64,000 bases of DNA from Dehalococcoidia bacterium (GCA_965205495.1 CBDBHA010000002.1:2723260-2787259), one strand, 5' to 3'; shown: positions 1 through 9,550, numbered from the stretch's first letter. A program made the numbers and translations. The notes: a model not told the origin generated them from the letters alone.

Positions 1-166
1 GCTGACTTTCCAGGACACCATCGTTATGTCCTCCGATGCGCCCCTGTTCGATTACCTGGAAAACCCCACCCCCTAGCCGGTCCCACCCCCACCCTTCCCC
101 CTTTTGAGGAAGGGCGGGGGTGTTTATATAAAGCAAATGGGGAAGGATCAGGGTGGCTGAGGGTCT

Positions 167-550
167 TTGAGGGTGGCTGAGGAGTTGCAAAACCAATCGG
201 ATGGCTTAACCCGATATCTAGTAGTTTCGGTGATCCTGGCCAACTGCCTCATTGTGCTGGTGATATTCTATGAGACCCTGTACAAAACCGGCGACTCCTG
301 GTCGGAAACAATCTTAGGGATCGGCCAGGGGATAGGTTCATCGGTTGCCGTATCCATAGCAGTCGTTTCCACTTGGGAGGTCGTTTTGTTGCTATCGGAA
401 AGATACCGTCAAAAGCGTTACAACGAAGGCAAAAACGAAGCGCTAGACCGGGTTAAAGAAGTCCTGGAGCGGACCGGTATCAAACTTCCGCCGGAAACCA
501 GGAAAGAACTTTTCGGAGAAGGTTCCGAGGAGACTCCGCCGCAGGGTTAA
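167..550 (+). CDS. small two-helix membrane protein with charged ERYRxxR(Y/F)xEG tail; family not recognised
   Basis: 127-aa ORF with a TTG start. Hydrophobic stretches LVVSVILANCLIVLVIFY and SSVAVSIAVVSTWEVVLLL are followed by SERYRQKRYNEGK. It has the same architecture and motif as 10726..11106. Confidence 0.5.
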   Translation: MRVAEELQNQSDGLTRYLVVSVILANCLIVLVIFYETLYKTGDSWSETILGIGQGIGSSVAVSIAVVSTWEVVLLLSERYRQKRYNEGKNEALDRVKEVLERTGIKLPPETRKELFGEGSEETPPQG

Positions 551-628
551 GTAGCTGTTCAGAATTGAGGGGTTAGCCCAACCCAAGATCCGTCATTCCC
601 GCGCAGGCGGGAATCCAGGAATCCCAGT
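376..628. repeat. direct repeat copy A (last 58 codons of 167..550 plus 78 nt downstream)
   Basis: By-eye alignment with 714..957 at an offset of 338 bp. The copies are identical except for one base (gcgCagg versus gcgAagg). Confidence 0.9.
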
Positions 629-713
629 CATTTTGAACGTTGGTCACTCCCTTACTATTCTGAATTCTGGCTCGAGGCCGGAATGACGGTTTAATGTCAG
701 GTTGACTCTTTTT

Positions 714-957
714 AGGAGGTCGTTTTGTTGCTATCGGAAAGATACCGTCAAAAGCGTTACAACGAAGGCAAAAACGAAGCGCTAGACCGGGTTAAAGAAG
801 TCCTGGAGCGGACCGGTATCAAACTTCCGCCGGAAACCAGGAAAGAACTTTTCGGAGAAGGTTCCGAGGAGACTCCGCCGCAGGGTTAAGTAGCTGTTCA
901 GAATTGAGGGGTTAGCCCAACCCAAGATCCGTCATTCCCGCGAAGGCGGGAATCCAG
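714..957. repeat. direct repeat copy B; contains a possible 54-codon mini-ORF 724..888
   Basis: Duplicate of 376..628. The junction creates AGGAGG (713-718) 5 nt upstream of an in-frame TTG (724), which reads LLSERYRQKRYNEGK...PPQG*. Confidence 0.85.
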
Positions 958-1025
958 GTCGTACCTGGCATTGCAAGCCTGCCTTTTCTTCAGAATTGCA
1001 TCACTTTGCAATCGTCCTGCCCCCC

Positions 1026-1236
1026 CACCTGTCATTCCGAACCGTAGGGAGGAATCTAAACTCCCTGCCCCTTAACAACCGACCGTCTATACTATGTCTA
1101 CATCATCACCAACGGCAGCAAGAACCTCTGCTTGATTGAATCGTTCAATCCCCGCTGGCGGGACTTGTCCTTGGACTGGAATGATGGCTTAACCGAGGAA
1201 TTTTAGATTCCTCCCTACGGTTCGGAATGACAAGTG
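1026..1236. mobile_element. MITE-like element bounded by perfect 30-bp terminal inverted repeats
   Basis: gtcattccgaaccgtagggaggaatctaaa at 1031-1060 is the exact reverse complement of 1202-1231. The same 30-mer recurs at 18744-18773, 44040-44069, 44588-44617 and 59807-59835. Confidence 0.65.
1087..1206 (+). pseudogene. internally deleted GIY-YIG (UPF0213/COG2827-type) nuclease remnant
   Basis: The frame reads LYYVYIITNGSKNL joined directly to LIESFNPRWRDLSLDW. These are the N-terminal YVYI(L/I)TN strand and the C-terminal NPxWxDL motif of the small GIY-YIG family, with the catalytic middle missing. Confidence 0.55.
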
Positions 1237-1386
1237 GGGTGTTCGGATTGACAGGTAGAGGGACGGAATGACGGTTTCCGGAATGCCGTTCAATGTCAGG
1301 ATGACTCCTCAATTAGGGTGATAGGGTGCCCCATCAATTCTGAACTGTTACAGGGTTAAGGTGCTATTCGACCCCCCTTCGCAGTC

Positions 1387-2283
1387 CTACCCCAGCCCGG
1401 CCAGGACCTGTTGCGCCGTGACGCCGATGTCGGCGGGGGTGGGAATGATGGCCGCCCCCGCCTCCCGCAACGCCCGAATCTTGGCCTCCGCGGTGGCGCC
1501 CTCGCCGGTAATAATCGCCCCGGCATGGCCCATCCGCTTCCCAGGCGGTGCGGTGGCGCCCACGATCAACGCGCAGACCGGCTTGTTCATGTGCTCGCCA
1601 ATGAACGCCGCCGCTTCCTGCTCCATGTTGCCGCCAATCTCTCCGATGAACACCACCATGTCGGTATCAGGGTCCCGGTTGTAGAGGTCCAGAATCTCGA
1701 CGAAGCTGGTGCCGATAATCGGGTCGCCGCCGATGCCAACGCAACTGGACTGGCCGATGCCCAGCCCGGTAAGCTGGCCCACCGCTTCGTAGGTCAACGT
1801 CCCGCTGCGAGAGACGACACCCACCCGCCCCGGCAGATGAATCGCCCCCGGCATTATCCCCACCTTGCAGCGGGCGCCGGGGTTAATCATCCCGGGACAG
1901 TTGGGGCCGATTAACCGCACCGGCTGGTCTTCGGGTCGGCCAGCAATGTACCGCGCCACCCGCACCATGTCCTGCACCGGCACGCCTTCGGTGATGCAGG
2001 CTATCAACGGCACTCCCGCGTCCACCGCCTCAACGACGGCGTCGGCGGCGAAGGGCGGCGGCACGAAGATTAACGCCACGTTCACCCCGGTCTGCTCCAC
2101 CGCTTCATCAACGGAGTCGAACACCGGGACCACGTCGTCAAAGACCTGTCCGCCCCGGCCCGGAGTAACACCGGCCACAACCTTGGTGCCGTAGGCCAGG
2201 CAGGACCGGGCGTGGAAGCTGCCTTCCCGTCCCGTGATCCCCTGCACCATGATCCGCGAGTCCTCGTCTAGTAATATGCCCAT
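1387..2283 (-). CDS. sucD: succinyl-CoA synthetase alpha subunit
   Basis: [24 protein letters not shown]... and GHAGAIITG are typical SucD. The start was chosen at the internal ATG 2283; the ORF extends to 2313. Confidence 0.95.
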   Translation of the reverse strand: MGILLDEDSRIMVQGITGREGSFHARSCLAYGTKVVAGVTPGRGGQVFDDVVPVFDSVDEAVEQTGVNVALIFVPPPFAADAVVEAVDAGVPLIACITEGVPVQDMVRVARYIAGRPEDQPVRLIGPNCPGMINPGARCKVGIMPGAIHLPGRVGVVSRSGTLTYEAVGQLTGLGIGQSSCVGIGGDPIIGTSFVEILDLYNRDPDTDMVVFIGEIGGNMEQEAAAFIGEHMNKPVCALIVGATAPPGKRMGHAGAIITGEGATAEAKIRALREAGAAIIPTPADIGVTAQQVLAGLG

Positions 2284-2373
2284 ACCGGCGGCGCTCCTGA
2301 ATCGGTTTTCCAAAATTATGGGCGCTCCCTGCCGCGCCCTGGTGGTTTAGGCAATTAGACCGGGTTGACGCCC

Positions 2374-3528
2374 CTAAACGGCCTGTTTGATGGCTTGGGC
2401 GGCGTCGGTCAAGGTGTCGGCAAAGGTCACGTTCAACCCCGACTCGGCCAGGATGGACTTCCCCTCTTCCAGGTTGGTGCCCAGCATCCGCACTATCAGC
2501 GGCACCTGGGAGTTGGTCCGCTGATAGGCCAATACGATGCCTCGGGCTGCCACGTCGCAGCGCAAAATCCCGCCAAAGACGTTGACCAGCACCCGCCGGA
2601 CCTTGGGGTCCGACAGCATAATCCCCACCGCCTGGGCCACCTTCTCATCGGTGGCCCCTCCGCCGACGTCCAGGAAGTTGGCGGGAGCGGCGCCCGCGGC
2701 GTTGGTCACGTCCAGGGTAGCCATGGCCAGCCCGGCCCCGTTTACCAGGCAGCCAACGTCACCGTCCAGGTTGACGTAGGCAATGTCCTGATCGGCAGCC
2801 TCGGCTTCCAGGGCGTCTTCCTGGCTGCGGTCCCGCCATGCCTGAAGCTCCGAGTGGCGAAACAGGGCGTCGTCATCCAGGTCCATCTTGGCGTCCAGCG
2901 CGACAATTTGGTCGTCGCCCGTGACGATTAGGGGGTTGATTTCCACCAGAGAACAATCGTTGTCCACAAACACCTGGTACAACTTGGTCATCACCTGGGC
3001 CGCCGCCCGGGCCGCGGCGGGTTCGATGCCCAGCCGCTGGACCAACCGGCGGGTCTGAAAGGGCATTAGCCCCAACACCGGCTCGATGGGCTCCGTGTGG
3101 ATGTCTTCGGGACTGGATTCGGCCACCGATTCAATGTCCATGCCACCGGCGGCGCTGACAATCATCACCGGCCCCCGGAATCCCCGATCGATGGTGATGG
3201 CGACGTAAAGCTCCCGCTTGATGTCGGCTAGCTCCTCCACCAAAAGCTGGTTAATGGGCACGCCCTCCGGCCCGGTCTGGTTGGTCACCAGGCTCCGGCC
3301 CAGCATGGACCGGGCCACTTCCCCGGCTTCCTCGGGAGACCGCACCAGCTTGACCCCGCCGGCCAGCCCGCGCCCACCGGCGTGGACCTGGGCCTTTAGG
3401 GCCGCCCGCCCGCCCATGGACTCAACGGCGGCCTGGGCCTCCTCAACTGTGCTCACCACCTGGTTCTTGGGGACGGCGATGCCGTAGCGGGAGAAAATCT
3501 CCTTGGCCTGGTACTCGTGCAGCTTCAT
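2374..3528 (-). CDS. sucC: succinyl-CoA synthetase beta subunit
   Basis: MKLHEYQAKEIFSRYGIAVP has an ATP-grasp N-terminus, the ORF is 384 aa, and it lies directly upstream of sucD. Confidence 0.95.
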   Translation of the reverse strand: MKLHEYQAKEIFSRYGIAVPKNQVVSTVEEAQAAVESMGGRAALKAQVHAGGRGLAGGVKLVRSPEEAGEVARSMLGRSLVTNQTGPEGVPINQLLVEELADIKRELYVAITIDRGFRGPVMIVSAAGGMDIESVAESSPEDIHTEPIEPVLGLMPFQTRRLVQRLGIEPAAARAAAQVMTKLYQVFVDNDCSLVEINPLIVTGDDQIVALDAKMDLDDDALFRHSELQAWRDRSQEDALEAEAADQDIAYVNLDGDVGCLVNGAGLAMATLDVTNAAGAAPANFLDVGGGATDEKVAQAVGIMLSDPKVRRVLVNVFGGILRCDVAARGIVLAYQRTNSQVPLIVRMLGTNLEEGKSILAESGLNVTFADTLTDAAQAIKQAV

Positions 3529-3651
3529 AAAGCTCCCTGGCGAGGGTCAATTGGGTCTGGAACACAACTCCCGGCCCGGAAAAGCCAATGTACTTTAGAA
3601 ACGCGATTTGAGTCAACGCCGCATCGTCAACGTAAGTGTTCAGAGTCAAGG

Positions 3652-3768
3652 GGTCATTCCGTGCCCCAACCGTCATTCCCGCGGAAGCGGGAATCCAGAA
3701 ATGGCGCGTATGAATAACCTTGCTTGTCGCAAAGCGTTCTGGATTCCGGCTCAAGGCCGGAATGACGG
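3652..3768. repeat. cluster of REP-like hairpin repeats
   Basis: cgtcattcccgcggaagcgggaatccag and ttctggattccggctcaaggccggaatgacgg. The same units occur at 592-627, 930-957 and 63020-63047, and at 48217-48248. Confidence 0.8.
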
Positions 3769-3926
3769 TTCGGTCCCGGGAACGACTCATCAAGTCTGAA
3801 CAATTACCCGTCAACAGGTTAAGGGCGGCGGCGGCGAATGTTGGCGGGGCCCAGAGGCATCCCCCCAATCATGGTGACCGCGTTGGGCCACCATCCTTTG
3901 GAGGGGCCCAGATCGTGAAGCGCGGA

Positions 3927-4466
3927 TTAAGAGGTTAGAACCACTCTTTCGGGCCCGAGACGTATATCTCCGCGAAATACTCGTCGGACTTGGTGAGGCA
4001 CATTATTCCTTCCACCAAACCCACTACCCCCACAACCATCCAGCACAGCCACCCAAGTACGGATGACCCCGGCAATTATGAGGGTGAAATAAGAGAACGA
4101 AAGAGCCGCAGGCAGGATGACAGCCAATACGAAGGCGATGGCGCCGCCAATTGTTTGCAACTTGGCCGGTTTGTAGAGCCCCAGATACCACTTGTGGGCC
4201 CCCACCCAGCCCAATACCAGGGCCAGCACACCGGCCACTACCCGGTTCTTCTCGCCACTGAGCAGGTTGGACAAGTCGGCGCCGACCCCTCCGCCCGACC
4301 CGGGAGCCCGGTAGATGCCGACGGCGTCTTCCCCGGCCACCTCGAAGTCCACCTGCATTCCCCGGTTGGGGTTTACCGTGTCTTTCCACTCGGATCCAGC
4401 AAATTGGTAACGGTTGCCGTCATCTCCCCGGATGATGCCCGAGTTAGTCTGAATAGAAAAATTCAA
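3927..4466 (-). CDS. TM2 domain-containing membrane protein
   Basis: 179 aa. It has a small soluble N-terminal domain, followed by VVAGVLALVLGWVGAHKWYLG (TM2-type GxxGxHxxYLG) and a second hydrophobic helix. Confidence 0.65.
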   Translation of the reverse strand: MNFSIQTNSGIIRGDDGNRYQFAGSEWKDTVNPNRGMQVDFEVAGEDAVGIYRAPGSGGGVGADLSNLLSGEKNRVVAGVLALVLGWVGAHKWYLGLYKPAKLQTIGGAIAFVLAVILPAALSFSYFTLIIAGVIRTWVAVLDGCGGSGFGGRNNVPHQVRRVFRGDIRLGPERVVLTS

Positions 4467-4715
4467 TAGCGGGAGTTGTAGTTCAAGCCGGTATTGGGTT
4501 GGGAGTAACCCTATCCGCCCAGACGTTCCCCGAGGGCTTCCGGCAGATCCGCCAAAGAAAATCGGGAGAAGGCGAAAGCGGTTGGGAGGTGCAATTAGAA
4601 CACGCTAATGCCGGGCCCAGAGGGAAAACCGGACAATGACCCGACGGGTGAAGTGCAGTTCAACCGTCGGGTCCAATTACCCACGGAGCCGGTTCTGTGG
4701 GACGGTCGGATTATT

Positions 4716-6383
4716 TTAGCCGTGACCGGCTTGCCACCCCCAGGGATTCTCAGAAAGTAGCAGATTGATGCGCTCCCGTTCTTGTTCTTCGTGCCGCTGT
4801 TGATTCTCCATTATGGTCCGACGGACCTCGCTTTGACGGCCGGTCTGCCAGGGCGGTTCGGAGATTTCCATAAGCCAACGGTCGTGGTTCCCTACCCAAA
4901 TTTGTCCCAAAGTGTCAATCATAAACATGGGAGAATCTTGGCTAGTCCTGGGTAGGCGATTCCTGTGAACTTCAACAGGTTCCCCGATGAGATTCTTGCC
5001 ATCGGCATCCGCGACAGTAAGTTGATAGTCTCCTTCGGCGCCCGCTTGGTGCGCAACGCAGCGAGAAGCGAAAGGTTTAACCGGATGGAAGTTTCTGGTG
5101 AAGTGTTGATAGGGGGTATATTCAACACTATTCCCGGTTTGCGTGTTCCGCAGAGTGACGTTGATGGGGAGCCGGTTGGTATAAAGGGGATTGTAATCTC
5201 CGCCCGAGACATAGCGAGCCCCCGCACTCAAAGCGGTCAGGTGCGGGTCCGGTATTTCCTCGGGGATCAGGTCTTCGGCGGTGAAAATTTTCTCAGGCCC
5301 AAATTTTTCCCTCAACGATTCTTGCAGAGCAGGAGATTTCGTTGAGCCTCCGAAAAGGATTATTCCTTCCAAATCTTCCCGCAACGCACCGGGCAATTTG
5401 CCCAACTGACACGACGGCGGGACCATACCAATGGGGGACTCTCCCTCCCCTCGCTTCCAGAGCACCTTGGCCGTGATATAAGCTTCCCTAATCGGCAAGG
5501 TGGTATCGTCGACAAAACCCGACTCGGCAAGCACACTTTTCAAGTCATCCAAGGATAAAGTGGTGCTGATATCCACTGACACCGTTGGATTGTCCGGCGT
5601 CAACACCTCTTTGGCGACTCGCAGGTCATGCGGCGCACCGCCATAGTGCAGTTTTTGACTCAACCGATCATCAAGAAACACACCGCCCAGAGACGAGTCT
5701 CCTTGGGATGAGTAGACGACCATTTCGCCGTTCGGCTCAACCTCGGCTATGGCACAATCAAACGAACCACCACCCACATCATAAACCAAGTAAGAACCGG
5801 GCTTTAACCCGCCCAATTCCAGGGCCAAAACTAGAAACAAGATAGGTTCCTCCACAACCCAAGCAAGCTTCCTCTCACTGCCACCCAACTCTGAAAGGAT
5901 ATCCGCCAATTCGCTCCGGTAATCAAGGCCGGTGTGGACTGGGCAGCCCGCCCGCCATGCGAATTGCCCAGTTACGCCGGCCAATTCCAGAGCACGGGCC
6001 AGAATCAGGCTCATTATCTCCTTAACCGGGTACTGGTCACCAAAAATTTCAACGCTCCGGGTGCGAGGATTCCACCAGTCGTCCTTTACAACTCCTCTGA
6101 CATCAAGGTTCCAAGCTACGAACGGATCACTGGATAACGCCCAACGCTTGATGTTGCGCACAACCACCACATCGGGGGACTGATCGTTTAGCTCATCCGC
6201 TGCTTGTCCAATGACCGGGGTTACAGTCCCATCAGGCGCCTTTTGGAAGGCGATTACAGCGGGCATCGTGAAAGAGTCCGCGGTGTCAAGGTGCCTCAAT
6301 TCAGGCAGCGTATCCGGCTTGTCGGGATCCCAAACGGCGATGCGGACATTGGTGGTTCCAAAATCCACGCCTACTACCTGCAT
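4716..6383 (-). CDS. atypical Hsp70/actin-fold ATPase (DnaK-like NBD, non-canonical C-terminal domain)
   Basis: VGVDFGTTNVRIAVW (phosphate 1), YDVGGGSFDCAIAEV (phosphate 2) and ILFGGSTKSPALQESL (adenosine motif). The C-terminal 160 aa are unlike the DnaK SBD. The ATG overlaps the stop of the upstream gene (TAATG). Confidence 0.8.
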   Translation of the reverse strand: MQVVGVDFGTTNVRIAVWDPDKPDTLPELRHLDTADSFTMPAVIAFQKAPDGTVTPVIGQAADELNDQSPDVVVVRNIKRWALSSDPFVAWNLDVRGVVKDDWWNPRTRSVEIFGDQYPVKEIMSLILARALELAGVTGQFAWRAGCPVHTGLDYRSELADILSELGGSERKLAWVVEEPILFLVLALELGGLKPGSYLVYDVGGGSFDCAIAEVEPNGEMVVYSSQGDSSLGGVFLDDRLSQKLHYGGAPHDLRVAKEVLTPDNPTVSVDISTTLSLDDLKSVLAESGFVDDTTLPIREAYITAKVLWKRGEGESPIGMVPPSCQLGKLPGALREDLEGIILFGGSTKSPALQESLREKFGPEKIFTAEDLIPEEIPDPHLTALSAGARYVSGGDYNPLYTNRLPINVTLRNTQTGNSVEYTPYQHFTRNFHPVKPFASRCVAHQAGAEGDYQLTVADADGKNLIGEPVEVHRNRLPRTSQDSPMFMIDTLGQIWVGNHDRWLMEISEPPWQTGRQSEVRRTIMENQQRHEEQERERINLLLSENPWGWQAGHG

Positions 6384-8167
6384 TACTCCGTCTCCTTGGC
6401 ATCGGTCACCATTGCTTTCAACACAACTCTGTCGCCGGTGAACTTGCCGGGCATGATTGCCCCCCGGGCAGATACACGGACCGGAGAGTGGAGCGGAATG
6501 TACTCACCGGCCTTGTGCATAACCGGGTCATAGGGCACTATATCCCCGACGGTCCCGAATTCTTGGGCGCCGGCGGCTCGCAATGCCAGGACAAGCTTGG
6601 GTTCAACATAACGCAACGGTTCCGTGATGCTGGTGTCCTGTTGCCGTATTTCTTGCAAAGCGCCCGAAATCACCGCCAAAATATCCTGCAAAATGTCCAT
6701 TCTGGACACTTCGCGGCCGGCAACAATCTGGGACCGCAGCCTATCCACTTCCCGACCCAGGTTTTCCACCTTCCAACGCTGCTCTTCCAACTGGTCGTCA
6801 AGGGATTCGCGCTGTCGTTCCAGCTCCTCAGCGTGTGCCTGTTCCAAATTGTTGATGTGATCCCGGACCCGCGCCAGCAACACTTCCCAGACGTTTCCTG
6901 TCGCATCCTTGGAGTTGCCAACTAAAACTTCCCGGAGCTCCCGAGACGCCTGCTGGGCCACCCGTTGTTGGCCATCCGTTAATAGCAGTGATGCTATAAC
7001 AAGAAGGTTCAGCCGCGCGGAGGGCGAAGGCGGGCGGGCGACATGCCGACTGGCGCCGATGTAGGCTAGGACTCCCTCATTAGAGTTGTTCCCAGCCCCC
7101 GCACCGACTATCAGTTCACAGAGCGATTGGGTCCTGTCACCAGCAGGCAGGCGGTCAAGGATGCGGTCGAATGCAGAAAACCGGCGAGCGTCCGCCGGTT
7201 CGCGGAGACCGCCAACGATGATTTGCAATGCTAGCGCCGCCTGCTCCCTTCGTCCCACTTGAGGATTGGAACAGGCAGTTTCAAAAAAAGCCCTCGCGTA
7301 TTTGGGGGCTTCCCACCCGCGCCATATTCCTGCGGTAAACTCCTGCTTCCATGCGACGGGTTGCCGGGGGAATTCCCATGCCGAGCGCAGCGATTCAGCC
7401 AGTCTCCCCCCCAAATCAGAAGACTTTGGGCGCAGTGACTCTGGCAAATCATTCGCATTGACGCCCACGTTGAATAACCTGGTCAACAGATAACCAACCT
7501 GGCCGGACAGAGAGTTGGCAACTTCAAGTTCGGAAACCTCCCTGTAACGGTTGAATGCTCGGGTGAGGGCTTCACTCCAACCAACCGCAGGCTGAGGTGC
7601 AGGAAACTCTACGCCCAAAAACGTTTCAGCCCCCCAAAGCGTTTTTTCCAAGGCCGGTCCTATGTCCTTGCCATTAAACTTGCCAAGGGCATTGATTACA
7701 GGCTTGTTTGGAAACCTGCCGGGTGGCATCCCCGAATTGGGAGACTTGAACCAATTCCGCCAGTCGGCTACCGAGGGCGATTTAGTCTTGGAGACTTTAG
7801 CAGAGGCGGGCAGACCCTTCCAAGGCGTGTCGGGAACTCTTTCCACTGGAGTCATGAGAGCAATGGAGCGACTGCCGCGATACCCGAAATTTCGGGTATC
7901 TTTAACCGCCGGCAATACCCGGTCCCACCAGGTTTTCCACGCGAAATCCTTCCCTATATGGGCTTCCAGTTTCTTCCTGATATCGGCGGATTTGGCTTTG
8001 CCTCCCATGGAATGGATGGTTTGGGCAACCAACACCAATGGGGCGTCTCTAGCAAGCCATTCCGTTTCTTCCAAGCAGCCATCGGACTGTCCGAGAACCG
8101 CGGTATCCTGTTCAGGTAGGTCTGGGGGCATGCTTTCATCCTCAGTTGTTTTTACGCCAAACATCAT
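6383..8167 (-). CDS. large protein with C-terminal coiled coil plus GrpE-like domain
   Basis: 594 aa. The coiled coil is NNLEQAHAEELERQRESLDDQLEEQRWKVENLGREVDRLR. It is followed by ...FGTVGDIVPYDPVMHKAGEYIP...GAIMPGKFTGDRVVLKAMVT, which matches the GrpE pattern G.x.DP..H.A...G....R.l..A.V.V. Confidence 0.65.
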   Translation of the reverse strand: MMFGVKTTEDESMPPDLPEQDTAVLGQSDGCLEETEWLARDAPLVLVAQTIHSMGGKAKSADIRKKLEAHIGKDFAWKTWWDRVLPAVKDTRNFGYRGSRSIALMTPVERVPDTPWKGLPASAKVSKTKSPSVADWRNWFKSPNSGMPPGRFPNKPVINALGKFNGKDIGPALEKTLWGAETFLGVEFPAPQPAVGWSEALTRAFNRYREVSELEVANSLSGQVGYLLTRLFNVGVNANDLPESLRPKSSDLGGRLAESLRSAWEFPRQPVAWKQEFTAGIWRGWEAPKYARAFFETACSNPQVGRREQAALALQIIVGGLREPADARRFSAFDRILDRLPAGDRTQSLCELIVGAGAGNNSNEGVLAYIGASRHVARPPSPSARLNLLVIASLLLTDGQQRVAQQASRELREVLVGNSKDATGNVWEVLLARVRDHINNLEQAHAEELERQRESLDDQLEEQRWKVENLGREVDRLRSQIVAGREVSRMDILQDILAVISGALQEIRQQDTSITEPLRYVEPKLVLALRAAGAQEFGTVGDIVPYDPVMHKAGEYIPLHSPVRVSARGAIMPGKFTGDRVVLKAMVTDAKETE

Positions 8168-8346
8168 AACAAACTTGGCGCGGCCGGTGGATCACACGAA
8201 AGCAACAGATCAAGGACTTTACATCGAAGCAGGCGCTTGGAATCAGGACGGCATAGACTGGGCGAAAACCCTGGCCGGCATCCTGGCGGCCATCACCCAA
8301 CGGGACCGTAACCTCGGCGGCGTGAAAGGAACCAGGGAGAGTAACT

Positions 8347-9450
8347 CTACCCTTCCAGCCGGTTCCGAAGGTCTTCCGGCAGCTCCGCCAACCGGCGCCG
8401 GAAGAAGGTGTCCTGCCGCTGAGACACGCTGCGGGCCGCTTCTAAAATCAACTCCACCCCGCCCCGAAAATCGTCCCGGTGGATGTACTCGGCCTCGATT
8501 TTGTCCTCGGGCGCGCCGTTGTGGTAGTTGCCCAGGGGGAAGGCGATGCCGGTGGTGCGGTAGCCGTAGCGCGCGAAGGCGCTGGCTTCACAAACCCCGC
8601 CACTCATCAATTGGCGCTGGACTTTGAACCCGGAGTCCCGCGCTTGCAAAGTCTCTCGGGCCTTGATCAATACAGACTCGGCGTCGGCGTCGAAAGTGGA
8701 CCCGGCGTCACCCACCCGGATCACCGGACCGCCGCCGATCTCCGCTCCAGGCAACGTCCGGCTGGACTCCAACGACACCACCAGGGCGTCCTTCGGCAGC
8801 GTACCGGCCTCGGCCATGGCCCGGGCGCCTACCAGCCCCACCTCCTCGGCGCGGGTGAACACCCCGTAGACGTCCCCCTCGGGAGGCATGGGCGCCAATT
8901 GGGTTAACGCGGCCAGGATGCTGGCGCAGCCTGCCAGGTCGTCCAAGGCCCTCATCCTGATGTAATCGCCACCCAATTCGAAGTCCACCAAGTCGAAGAC
9001 CACCGGCCGAGGCAGGGGAACTGTCTGGGGGGTTTCCAGCCGGATCAGCGCCTGCCGCTGGGCCTCTTCCCCATAGCGGCCGGCAATCACCCCCTTGAGG
9101 TGGTCGCCGTTTTCCAGCAGCACGGAAACGGGGACACCCTCGGCGAAGCTTCCGGCGGGCACTCCTCCGGCGGCCTGCCCCACCAGATAGTCGCCATCCC
9201 GGTCCACCGCTTCAAAACCGGGGTGGTCCATGTGGGCTACGAAGGCGATGGGCGGCGTTTCACCCAGGCCGGTCCCAGACCCGTGCAGGTGGGCGACGAT
9301 GTTGCCGAATTGGTCGTTGACGAAGCTCACCCCCGCCTGGGAAAGGATATCCCGCACCTGAGCGGCGACTCGCTGCTCATAAAAAGCGATGGCGGGTTGG
9401 CTGCCCAGCCGGGAAAGAATGTTAAGGCCCTGGTCCTGGTCTGCGTTCAT
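8347..9450 (-). CDS. M42-family metallopeptidase (FrvX-like aminopeptidase)
   Basis: PPIAFVAHMDHPGFEAV and RALDDLAGCASILAAL motifs. The ORF extends to 9489, and the ATG at 9450 is preferred. Confidence 0.7.
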   Translation of the reverse strand: MNADQDQGLNILSRLGSQPAIAFYEQRVAAQVRDILSQAGVSFVNDQFGNIVAHLHGSGTGLGETPPIAFVAHMDHPGFEAVDRDGDYLVGQAAGGVPAGSFAEGVPVSVLLENGDHLKGVIAGRYGEEAQRQALIRLETPQTVPLPRPVVFDLVDFELGGDYIRMRALDDLAGCASILAALTQLAPMPPEGDVYGVFTRAEEVGLVGARAMAEAGTLPKDALVVSLESSRTLPGAEIGGGPVIRVGDAGSTFDADAESVLIKARETLQARDSGFKVQRQLMSGGVCEASAFARYGYRTTGIAFPLGNYHNGAPEDKIEAEYIHRDDFRGGVELILEAARSVSQRQDTFFRRRLAELPEDLRNRLEG

Positions 9451-9550
9451 GTTTATTTTTCCTGAAATTGGTTTGTGGGCGGCGGACAAAGATGCGGATT
9501 GCTGCCTGCCTGGGGCGATTATACCAAGTCCTGCCCGGCGGCTAGCCCCA

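Noticed and set aside
1-76. Open frame ending at TAG 74-76 (...LTFQDTIVMSSDAPLFDYLENPTP*), possibly the 3' end of a plus-strand gene that begins before the window.
   Set aside because: Only 24 codons are visible and no motif is recognisable, so it cannot be supported as a feature.
4467-4715. Possible operon link between the TM2-domain gene and the Hsp70/GrpE-like pair.
   Set aside because: A 250-bp gap separates them, and no shared signal or known functional connection exists. It is left as a neighbourhood observation only.
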